A DNA stretch of 44,612 bases, taken from sequence record NC_073084.1; one strand, given 5' to 3'. A program made the translations under genes and the position numbers. Below, in pieces: positions 34,025 to 41,781 of this stretch. The notes beneath the pieces are model-generated. The model saw only the letters and a program-made list of their open reading frames with translations, had not been told where the DNA came from and did no database searches. The stretch is from Escherichia phage vb_EcoS_bov22_1. Each line of letters begins with the position of its first letter. Positions within the stretch are counted from its first letter, which is position 1.

Positions 34025-34446
34025 TGAGCAATACCGCAATCCGCAAAGCGCTTAACAGCGTGGTTGAAGAGTTATCGGCAAGCCTGAGCACAAGCCAGCG
34101 TCCGATTAGGGTTAACTGGGAGAACGTGAGCGGCGACCACGCAAACGGCAGCGGTGTCTACCTGGAGCCGTACCTGCTACCGGCCCCGACCCAGTTTGTG
34201 GGCTTACAGCAGAAGGGTCGGATCTATGCTGGCGTATATCAGGTTGCCGTGGTGTTTCCCGCAGGAACTGGAACACAGTACGCGAGCGAACTGGCGGACG
34301 CCATCGCTACGTCTGATAAGTGGCTGGCGGTGAAGATTTCCGGTGCGTCATTTCAGCTTCAGGACGCGCCATACACCAGTTCAGTGATTGAAGACGTTGA
34401 TCGCGCCCGCATCGTGGTTACAGTACCCTACACCTGTTGCGCCTGA
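34024..34446 (+). CDS. tail terminator protein (putative)
   Basis: 140 aa; coupled to the upstream gene; immediately precedes the major tail gene. Confidence 0.45.
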   Translation: MSNTAIRKALNSVVEELSASLSTSQRPIRVNWENVSGDHANGSGVYLEPYLLPAPTQFVGLQQKGRIYAGVYQVAVVFPAGTGTQYASELADAIATSDKWLAVKISGASFQLQDAPYTSSVIEDVDRARIVVTVPYTCCA

Positions 34447-34507
34447 TTTGGCGCTATTCTGCGCGTGCTGTATCATTAAACCGTATATCTAAACAGGAGC
34501 GTTCATT

Positions 34508-35233
34508 ATGGGTTATCAACTTCCTAACGGGTCTAGCGTCCAGATTGGGTCCGTACTGGGTAGCGGCATCGCTGTTACGGCAGCCACCAACGCCGCCGCG
34601 TCTATCTCCGACCTTACGCAAGGTTGCGTAATTACCTGTGCGTCTTCGCATGGTCTGGTTGTTGGCGACGTTGTTATGTTCACTAAAACCCCGTGGGTCC
34701 GAGCGCTTAACCGCGCATTCATCGTGGGTAAAGTGGACACCAACGACGTTACGCTGGCGCGCTTCGACACCGAAGACGTTACCAAGTATCCTACCGGAGC
34801 GTTTGGTGTAGGCACTCCGGGCGAAGTGGTGAAAGTGTCGAGCTTTATCGACTTCCCGTTTATCACTAACGTTGCCGTGTCGGGTGGTGACCAGCAGACT
34901 ACTACCTTCCAGCCGTTGCAGGTGAACACCGCAATCAGTCTTAACACCACGAAAAACCCGTTGGTACAGACTTACACCTTCACCCACGACGAAGAAGACC
35001 CGATCCGCCCAATCCTGGAAGACCTGGACGACACACAGAAAACCACTGTGATTAAGTTTACGAACCCAGCGGCAGCAAGCGGCAAAGGTGAAATTCGTAT
35101 TTACCCGGCTAAGGTATCTTTCCAGAAGATTCCGTCCGCTGAAGTAAACAACGTGGAAACGGTACAATCCACTCTGACCATGCAGTCAGATATGGTTATC
35201 TACCGCAAGGATCTGGTCGAGGCATTGTCTTGA
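34508..35233 (+). CDS. major tail protein
   Basis: 241 aa, AGGAG RBS, followed by a terminator and the G/G-T chaperone and tape-measure genes. Confidence 0.7.
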   Translation: MGYQLPNGSSVQIGSVLGSGIAVTAATNAAASISDLTQGCVITCASSHGLVVGDVVMFTKTPWVRALNRAFIVGKVDTNDVTLARFDTEDVTKYPTGAFGVGTPGEVVKVSSFIDFPFITNVAVSGGDQQTTTFQPLQVNTAISLNTTKNPLVQTYTFTHDEEDPIRPILEDLDDTQKTTVIKFTNPAAASGKGEIRIYPAKVSFQKIPSAEVNNVETVQSTLTMQSDMVIYRKDLVEALS

Positions 35234-35263
35234 TTTGGTCGCTTAAATAGCGAGTGATAATAT

Positions 35264-35287
35264 GGGGCCAGCACGGCCCCTTTTTTA
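35264..35287 (+). terminator. rho-independent terminator
   Basis: ggggccagcacggcccc followed by T6. Confidence 0.65.
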
Positions 35288-35302
35288 TTGGAGAATACTA
35301 CA

Positions 35303-35665
35303 ATGGCTAAAGCACCACTCTTTACACTTGACCCTAAGCCGACCTTTAAGCTGCCGATTGAGATCCCGCGCCCTGGAGAGAACGAACCCGGCAAGATGAC
35401 GTTTACCGTACGCCACCGCCCGATCGACGAATTTTCGCAAACCATGCAGGACACCGAACGAAAGCTATCGGAATATGACGACAATGACCCGGACGGCTTT
35501 AACGTTATGGTCGAGGCCATCATGCACGTCGCGGAAGGCTGGAATCTGCCAGACGAATTTAACGCGGAGAACGTCCGCCGCCTGGTGGTCAACTACCCAC
35601 GCGCGTTCGGTGTGTTCCACACGTCGTACTATCTCGAACTGATGGGATTGCGTGAAAAAAACTAA
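35303..35665 (+). CDS. tail assembly chaperone (gpG-like)
   Basis: ATG 35303 with GGAG RBS; position between major tail and tape-measure genes; ends just after a slippery heptamer. Confidence 0.65.
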   Translation: MAKAPLFTLDPKPTFKLPIEIPRPGENEPGKMTFTVRHRPIDEFSQTMQDTERKLSEYDDNDPDGFNVMVEAIMHVAEGWNLPDEFNAENVRRLVVNYPRAFGVFHTSYYLELMGLREKN

Positions 35666-35979
35666 TTGAGGCGGCGCGACGCTTTTATGGCCCGCCGCCA
35701 CCCTCCGAAGATTTAGCCGCAAGTTTATGGGGCGCGGCCCCCGAAGATGTTTGTCCGCCTGTTGCGCTATGGCCTGACAACGCGAAGATAGTCGCGGTCT
35801 TCACAGATTGCGCCACGCAATGGCGCACCGGATTTGGTGGCGCATACGGCATCGACTACGGCGTGCTGGAGTGGTTATTTAAGATGCACGGTATCGAAAA
35901 CGAACAGCGCGCGTTTAAAGATATCAAGCTAATGGAACGAATCGCGCTTGATGAGATGGCGCAGCAGAACCCCGCATAA
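35303..35979 (+). CDS. tail assembly chaperone frameshift product (gpG-T-like) via -1 programmed frameshift
   Basis: Slippery A AAA AAC at 35656-35662; the -1 frame is open from there to TAA 35977-35979 with no plausible start of its own. Confidence 0.5.
35656..35662 (+). promoter_or_regulatory. -1 ribosomal frameshift slippery heptamer A AAA AAC
   Basis: X XXY YYZ pattern in the zero frame, two codons before the chaperone stop. Confidence 0.5.
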
Positions 35980-35982
35980 TGA

Positions 35983-36120
35983 AGCGGGACAAAACGGGAT
36001 GTCCCGTTTTGTCCCACCCCACAAATGTGCATATCTAATCACTTCCATTGCATAATCTAAAAGCGGGACAATCGGGACGTCCCGTTTTGTCCCACCCCAC
36101 AAATGTGCATACCTATTCGG
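35983..36120 (+). repeat. two tandem ~79-bp units, each with a 30-bp GGGAC-based palindrome next to a promoter-like TTGTCC-17 nt-TATCTA/TACCTA
   Basis: Perfect inverted repeat gggacaaaacggga-tg-tcccgttttgtccc at 35986-36015; degenerate copy 36065-36093; each followed by accccacaaatgtgcata. Confidence 0.6.
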
Positions 36121-36127
36121 ATTTCGT

Positions 36128-36301
36128 GCATAAACTAAGCGGGACAAAAAGCGGGACAAACAAGGTGCGGGACAAAGCGGGACAGCACCCCCGTCCCAGC
36201 CAGTGCTGCCGCGGTTTTTAGCCGATCGGGACAGGCGGGACAAACCCCAGTCTTTCAGACTAGACGGGGGTCAATGGCCCCCCTCGTCTGAGACTGCATA
36301 A
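36128..36301 (+). repeat. structured repeat element, copy B (GCGGGACA iterons plus hairpins)
   Basis: About 70 nt then about 60 nt near-identical to 18955-19126, with a divergent central segment; in the second hairpin the single C/T difference falls in the loop. Confidence 0.7.
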
Positions 36302-36364
36302 GGTTTGTTTTAAATTCGCTGATACAATATCAATCGGCAACTGCATAAAAAAGGGGACTGCATA

Positions 36365-39007
36365 ATGGCAGATCAAGCAGCAGGCATCACGCTAAAGGTC
36401 GATGCCACACAAGTCAGAACGGCAAATACGGCGCTGGACTCGTTCGCACAGAAGTCCGAGACTACGGAATGGAAAGCTAAGAAATTAAACGACACACTCG
36501 GCAACACGAAAAAGGTGACGGGTGACGCCGCGGGCGGAATGGGGAAGCTGGCGAACGAATCGCAGCGCGCCGCCGATGGCATGACGAAACAAGAGCGACT
36601 TGCCAACCGGTTAGGCATGTCGACCAAAAACCTGGGCTTTGCCTCGCGTAACGCCGCATTCCAGTTACAGGATATTGCGGTAACGCTTGAGATGGGTATG
36701 CCTGTTCACCGCGTCATGCTTCAGCAGTTACCGCAGCTAACTGGGGCGTTCGGTGGACTGGGTAACACGCTGCGTTTTGTTGCGGGCTTCCTCGGCCCAG
36801 TGGGGATCGGCCTTGCTGCCTTGACGGCAACGTTAGGCGTAGGGGTGGCAATTACGTCCCGCGCAGAAAACCAGGTCGCAGCGCTTAACAAGACGCTGGC
36901 GCTGTCAGGTAACATTTCCGGCCTAACTGCAAACCAGATCCTGGTGCTATCCGAGAACGCCGAGCGCATGGGCGGGTCGTTCCGCAAGACGCGTGACACA
37001 ATCCAGGCGCTGGCGGCGGCGGGTGTGAAAGCGGGTGGTGACTTCGGCGCACTGGCGAAGGTAGTGAATGACTTCGCGAAGGTGTCCAGCCAGCCGATCG
37101 AGGATGTGGTCGCGGCGGTGGCTAAGCTGTCTACCGACCCGGTAGGTGGCTTGCGAGCATTGGCGGATAAGTATCACGTCGTAAACGAAGCGCAGATCCA
37201 GCAGGTACAATCCCTGGTGGATATGGGTCGTGAGACTGAAGCGGTGGCGCTGGCTAATAAAACAGCCGCGGCGTCGTTCACCACCATGACCAACGATATT
37301 AAGTCCAACATGGGAACGCTCGAGCGGTCGATGAACATCGTCACATCGGCAGCGAAATCTATGTGGGATGCAATCCTGGATGTTGGACGCGCGCAGTCCT
37401 CGAATGAGTCCGAGATGAAAGCGCGTGAGTCATTGCAGCGACTGACCACGGCTTACTATGCCGAGATGAAAGCGGTAAACGCTGCCGGTGGGGTGATGAC
37501 CGAAGCGCAGAAAGCGCGTATTAACATGCTTTACAGCGAACTGGTAGCCCAGGAAAAAGTAGTGGCGTCGCTAACCCTGCGTAACCGTGCCGAGCGAGAC
37601 AACGCCAGCGCCGCGGAACAATCAGCGAAGGCGAACGAGGAGGCCAACCGCACCGCCCGCGACCGCGCCGCGTTCGAGAAGGAGTACGCGACCAACGCGA
37701 AGCGGCGCGCCGACGAGATCGCCCGCCTCAATTTGCTGAATAAGCGCGGCGTGATTGATGAGAAAGAACTTGCCGAGGCGGTGAAGCAGGTCAACGAGCG
37801 TTACAAAGACCCCGCCCCGAAGAAGGCCGCCGCTGTTCGAGTCGATGCAGGGATGAAAATGCTGGAAGTAGCACGGAGCGAACTGGCACAGCTTCGTGAG
37901 TCTGGAAAGCAGATCGAAGCCAACGCATCGACGCAGACCCGCACGCAACGCGCGCAAGCGGCCTTAAACAAGCTGATCGCGGATAATGAGCAGTTAATTG
38001 CTGCGAGCAAAGAAAGAGCGCTAACGGCAGCCGAAAAGCAGCAGATGGTAGAATTCGGACGCGTGAAGGAAGTGCGCGAGCAGATCGTCGAAGAAGCCAA
38101 ATTGCTGGACGCGAAAGAGAAGCAGGTCAAGGCGCACGCGCAGATCGACGCCTTCGTTAAGAACCAGAACGCCGAGCTAAAAGCCACCGCGGCGGGCTAT
38201 GCGCTTTCCACTCGCGAAGCGGCTAACCTGCGCGAAGAATTGCAGCTAATTGATCGCCTTAAGCGGGTTGGCGCTAGTGATACCGATATTGATCTGGCGG
38301 TGTCTAAGCTGCGCGAAGTGCAGGAAGCACAGACAGGGGCTAACGCCTCGCTATGGGATGGCTTCAGCCGCGGGCTTAAGGATAGCGTGGATGATATGGG
38401 TAACGGATATACGCAGATGGCGTCACTCACAAAATTCACGTTCGGCGCTATGCAGGACACGATGAACAAGTTTTTCGAGACTGGCAAGCTGAACGCAAAG
38501 GATATGGTTAAATCCATCCTTAGCGAATTAATCAAGCTGGCTACATCGCAGGCATTCAAGTCCATCGTTAGCGCTTTCGGTGGCGACGGCGGCAAAAACG
38601 GATTGTTCGGCGCTATCTTCTCGGGCCTAACTAAGAATGCGGACGGAGGAGCGTACGCAGGGGGCAATCTCGCGGCCTATTCGGGGAAAGTGGTAAGCCA
38701 GCCAACCTTTTTCAGTTATGGCGTCCAGGCGTTCGCTAAGGGCGCAGGATTGATGGGGGAGGCTGGACCCGAGGCTATCATGCCGCTTAAGCGCGGCCCG
38801 GACGGAAAACTGGGCGTTGCCGCTGCCGGTGTAGGCGGAGGGATGATTGTAACAACCAACGTTAACATGGGGACCGGTAAGACGGATACCAGTGTTAGCG
38901 GACCAGACCCGCGCACAGCGCAGGCGTTCGGAAAGCAAATCACCGAGTCGGTCAAGGCCGAGATCGTGAAGGCGACGAAACCGGGTGGTGTACTTTACAA
39001 ACGATGA
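36365..39007 (+). CDS. tail tape measure protein
   Basis: 880 aa, largely Ala/Gln/Lys/Glu-rich with Gly-rich segments; follows the G/G-T chaperone; AAGGGGA RBS. Confidence 0.8.
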   Translation: MADQAAGITLKVDATQVRTANTALDSFAQKSETTEWKAKKLNDTLGNTKKVTGDAAGGMGKLANESQRAADGMTKQERLANRLGMSTKNLGFASRNAAFQLQDIAVTLEMGMPVHRVMLQQLPQLTGAFGGLGNTLRFVAGFLGPVGIGLAALTATLGVGVAITSRAENQVAALNKTLALSGNISGLTANQILVLSENAERMGGSFRKTRDTIQALAAAGVKAGGDFGALAKVVNDFAKVSSQPIEDVVAAVAKLSTDPVGGLRALADKYHVVNEAQIQQVQSLVDMGRETEAVALANKTAAASFTTMTNDIKSNMGTLERSMNIVTSAAKSMWDAILDVGRAQSSNESEMKARESLQRLTTAYYAEMKAVNAAGGVMTEAQKARINMLYSELVAQEKVVASLTLRNRAERDNASAAEQSAKANEEANRTARDRAAFEKEYATNAKRRADEIARLNLLNKRGVIDEKELAEAVKQVNERYKDPAPKKAAAVRVDAGMKMLEVARSELAQLRESGKQIEANASTQTRTQRAQAALNKLIADNEQLIAASKERALTAAEKQQMVEFGRVKEVREQIVEEAKLLDAKEKQVKAHAQIDAFVKNQNAELKATAAGYALSTREAANLREELQLIDRLKRVGASDTDIDLAVSKLREVQEAQTGANASLWDGFSRGLKDSVDDMGNGYTQMASLTKFTFGAMQDTMNKFFETGKLNAKDMVKSILSELIKLATSQAFKSIVSAFGGDGGKNGLFGAIFSGLTKNADGGAYAGGNLAAYSGKVVSQPTFFSYGVQAFAKGAGLMGEAGPEAIMPLKRGPDGKLGVAAAGVGGGMIVTTNVNMGTGKTDTSVSGPDPRTAQAFGKQITESVKAEIVKATKPGGVLYKR

Positions 39008-39009
39008 TA

Positions 39010-39045
39010 AAATGGCCCTCACTACAACGTGGGGGCTTTTTTTTT
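39010..39045 (+). terminator. weak terminator-like hairpin with T9
   Basis: gccc ... gggc short stem followed by nine T; may only attenuate. Confidence 0.3.
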
Positions 39046-39645
39046 ATGTCACAAGGTACAATCATACTAGCGACGGGGCGTAGGACCGTATTAGGCACGG
39101 GAACCGCGTTCTTGAGCGAGATCGGTAAGGTCTGCGTATTTGCCCGCATCGACGGCAACGACTACGCACAAAAAATTGAGAAGTTCAACCATAACGAGTC
39201 CATCACCCTAGTGGACCCGTGGGCCGGTCCAAATTATACCGGCGAGGCTTATGAGCTACTCGAAGCATACGACCCGAGGACCAACGAATGGCCATATTAC
39301 TGGCACATGCAATTGCAAGGTGGCGGAGACGTGCAGTTGGCCTTCCGGTCAGAGGAATTGCAATTTGGTAACGGTTACGGTCAAAACATTGCGGATGGCC
39401 CGAACGCCGAAACGAAACAGTTCCCCATGCAATTCATCGGACTGACTACTGACAAGTGGTGCAATCCTAAACTGGTGTACAACTTCCTTCGCGGGCACTT
39501 CGTAAAGCCGTTTGTTGCCACCGCGCCAGATGGCGAAAAAGGTTTATTCGTGGTAGAGCGTTCGAGCTTGTCGTACACTGACAACGGACACCGCACGGCA
39601 ACGGTATCCGCCACCCTCAAGACCGCTATTGGATTCGTAAGATGA
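39046..39645 (+). CDS. minor tail protein (lambda gpM position)
   Basis: 200 aa from ATG 39046; alternative coupled ATG at 39004 overlaps the tape-measure stop; call by gene order. Confidence 0.55.
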   Translation: MSQGTIILATGRRTVLGTGTAFLSEIGKVCVFARIDGNDYAQKIEKFNHNESITLVDPWAGPNYTGEAYELLEAYDPRTNEWPYYWHMQLQGGGDVQLAFRSEELQFGNGYGQNIADGPNAETKQFPMQFIGLTTDKWCNPKLVYNFLRGHFVKPFVATAPDGEKGLFVVERSSLSYTDNGHRTATVSATLKTAIGFVR

Positions 39646-40430
39646 ATAAACTTTATCGCGAGGCGACACGCTTCGACCCATCGGGCCGCGTTCGCCTGAT
39701 TCACATTGACGCGCAGGACGTGGAACCGGGCGACGGCGCGATCGGCGCGGGTCATCACTATTTTCACTATTGCTTTATTCCGCACACTGCCGAGGATATC
39801 GCCGCAGCAGGCGGAGACGAGGACAAGCTAAAGCCCAAGTCTATCTTCTTCGGCGGGCAGGAATTCGAATTTTGGCCCTTCGATCTGTCTGGCCTTAACT
39901 TCTCTACATCAACGGCAGCAGAACCGCAGCTAACCCTCGTTGATATTGGCGGCATTATAACCCGGCTGTCGCTGAATCATGACCAGCTACTGGGCGCGAA
40001 GGTTGAGATCATTGATACGTTCGCGAAGTTCCTGGATAACGGATCGGACCCGGACCCGACGCAAAAACGTGTCCAGGAGTATTACATCGACTCACAGGTC
40101 GGGCGCAATCCGGGCAAGCAGATCACCTTCGCGCTATCCTCCCCCGCGGATATGGAGGGGCAAGTAGTACCCCGCCGCCAGATCATGAACATGTGCGAAT
40201 GGGCGCTCAATGGGAAGTACGCCAGCGGGGATGGTTGCACATGGAACCTTGCACAGCCGGGCATCAAATATTACGACGAGCGCGGAAACGAAGTTATCGC
40301 GATGAATATGGACCGATGCGGCGGCTGTTTGTCCGACTGTTATCTTCGTTTTGGGCAAGGTCTGGCGGACCCTAAAGCGGCGGTGCTGGACTTCGGCGGT
40401 TTTCCAGGGTCCAAATTAATTAAGGGGTAG
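39642..40430 (+). CDS. minor tail protein L-like (tail tip, Cys cluster)
   Basis: 262 aa; C-terminal CGGCLSDC cluster as in lambda gpL; ATGA coupling. Confidence 0.7.
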   Translation: MNKLYREATRFDPSGRVRLIHIDAQDVEPGDGAIGAGHHYFHYCFIPHTAEDIAAAGGDEDKLKPKSIFFGGQEFEFWPFDLSGLNFSTSTAAEPQLTLVDIGGIITRLSLNHDQLLGAKVEIIDTFAKFLDNGSDPDPTQKRVQEYYIDSQVGRNPGKQITFALSSPADMEGQVVPRRQIMNMCEWALNGKYASGDGCTWNLAQPGIKYYDERGNEVIAMNMDRCGGCLSDCYLRFGQGLADPKAAVLDFGGFPGSKLIKG

Positions 40431-40432
40431 TC

Positions 40433-41173
40433 ATGCTAACGAAGAAGGTTAAACGCGATATTGCCGCACACGTTGCGGCATGTCTGCCGGAAGAAGCCTG
40501 CGGGCTGGTCGTCATGGTGGGCCGTAAGCAAGTATTCGTCCCGTGCCTGAACGTCTTCGAAGACCCCACCGGCGCGCGCTCTCGAAAAGATGCGTTTACA
40601 ATTAGTGATATGGCCTGGATGGATGCCGAGGATATGGGCGACGTTGTGCGCGTAGTACACTCGCACCCAGGTCAGCGCGAGTTAACCCCGTCATTGGGCG
40701 ACGTTAATGGATGCAACGGCAGCGGCGTCGTCTGGACCATCACTAACGAATATGGCGACTTTATCGAGATCGACCCGGAAGACCCGCCGCTGGTAGGCCG
40801 CCGATTTGTTCTCGGGGTTACGGACTGCTACGGCCTCGTCATGGCATGGCATAAAAAGCAGGGCGTAAACCTGCCAGACTTCCGCGTACCGTATAACTGG
40901 TGGGAGACAGGCGAAAACCTGTATATGGACAATTGGTATGGCGCGGGCTTCCGGGAGTGTGAGGAGAATACGCCGGGGGCAATGGTCATCATGCAGATCA
41001 GCGCGCCAGTGCCAAACCATGCCGGAATCTACCTTCCAGGCAACCAACTACTGCACCATATCTACGGCAGCCTGTCGAGCGTCATTCCCTTCCGGGCAGG
41101 ATTTTTCCGGGACAATGTGGTTAAATGGGTACGTCATAAAGACCTACCGGGGAATATCACAGAATGGCAATGA
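40433..41173 (+). CDS. tail assembly protein K-like (MPN/JAMM plus NlpC/P60-like domains)
   Basis: EACGLV ... VHSHPGQ ... D (JAMM-like) and TDCYGLV ... H (NlpC/P60-like Cys-His); AAGGGG RBS. Confidence 0.7.
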   Translation: MLTKKVKRDIAAHVAACLPEEACGLVVMVGRKQVFVPCLNVFEDPTGARSRKDAFTISDMAWMDAEDMGDVVRVVHSHPGQRELTPSLGDVNGCNGSGVVWTITNEYGDFIEIDPEDPPLVGRRFVLGVTDCYGLVMAWHKKQGVNLPDFRVPYNWWETGENLYMDNWYGAGFRECEENTPGAMVIMQISAPVPNHAGIYLPGNQLLHHIYGSLSSVIPFRAGFFRDNVVKWVRHKDLPGNITEWQ

Positions 41174-41781
41174 CCACATTTAAATTATACGGCGTTTTAG
41201 GACGTCGATTCGGTAAAGTGCACAAGCTGGACTGCTTTACACCGGGCGAGGGTATCACCGGCCTGTGCGTGAAGTTACCGGGCTTACAGGACTTTCTAAT
41301 GTCGGCACACCTGGACAACATGATGTTCAAAGTGCGCAAGGGCAATCACACTATGACCGGCTACGACGAGTTGGGTGAGTTCCACGGCGACCGCGTAGTG
41401 ACCATCGCGCCGGTTATGACTGGCGCAAAAAGCGGACTGGGCCAATTGCTGGCGGGTGTCGCAATCGTGGTGGCGTCGTTTTATACCGGCGGGCTTGCGA
41501 CTGCCGCTTTCGGAGCTTCAGCGGCGACCGCGGCCGCTATCGGCGCCGCGACGTTTTCGTTTGGGATGTCGATGGCGCTGGGCGGCGTTATGCAATTGCT
41601 GTCCCCGCAACCGAAAGGATTGCAGACAAGGCAGGATGTGGATAATAAGGCGTCTTATGCGTTCGGCGGCCCAGTAAACACGACCGCGCAAGGCACGGCA
41701 CTTGGGGTATTATGGGGAGAGCGTGAGATCGGCGGCGCTATTATTTCAGCCGGAATCGTAACCGAGGATTTGAACGAATGA
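41164..41781 (+). CDS. tail assembly protein I-like
   Basis: 205 aa with Gly/Ala-rich hydrophobic C-terminal half; position between K-like and J-like genes. Confidence 0.65.
   Translation: MAMTTFKLYGVLGRRFGKVHKLDCFTPGEGITGLCVKLPGLQDFLMSAHLDNMMFKVRKGNHTMTGYDELGEFHGDRVVTIAPVMTGAKSGLGQLLAGVAIVVASFYTGGLATAAFGASAATAAAIGAATFSFGMSMALGGVMQLLSPQPKGLQTRQDVDNKASYAFGGPVNTTAQGTALGVLWGEREIGGAIISAGIVTEDLNE

Noticed and set aside
35929-36243. Minus-strand ORF (104 aa) with internal peptide repeat RYAHLWGGTKRD
   Set aside because: It lies wholly within the non-coding repeat island and its repeat is just the translation of the duplicated DNA units; no RBS.
35983-36301. CRISPR array
   Set aside because: The repeats are irregularly spaced iterons and palindromes with no unique spacers of uniform length and no cas genes.
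36373-38667. Multiple antisense and out-of-frame ORFs within the tape-measure gene
   Set aside because: Ala/Ser/Cys-rich artefacts of a GC-biased coding region; no starts with RBS.
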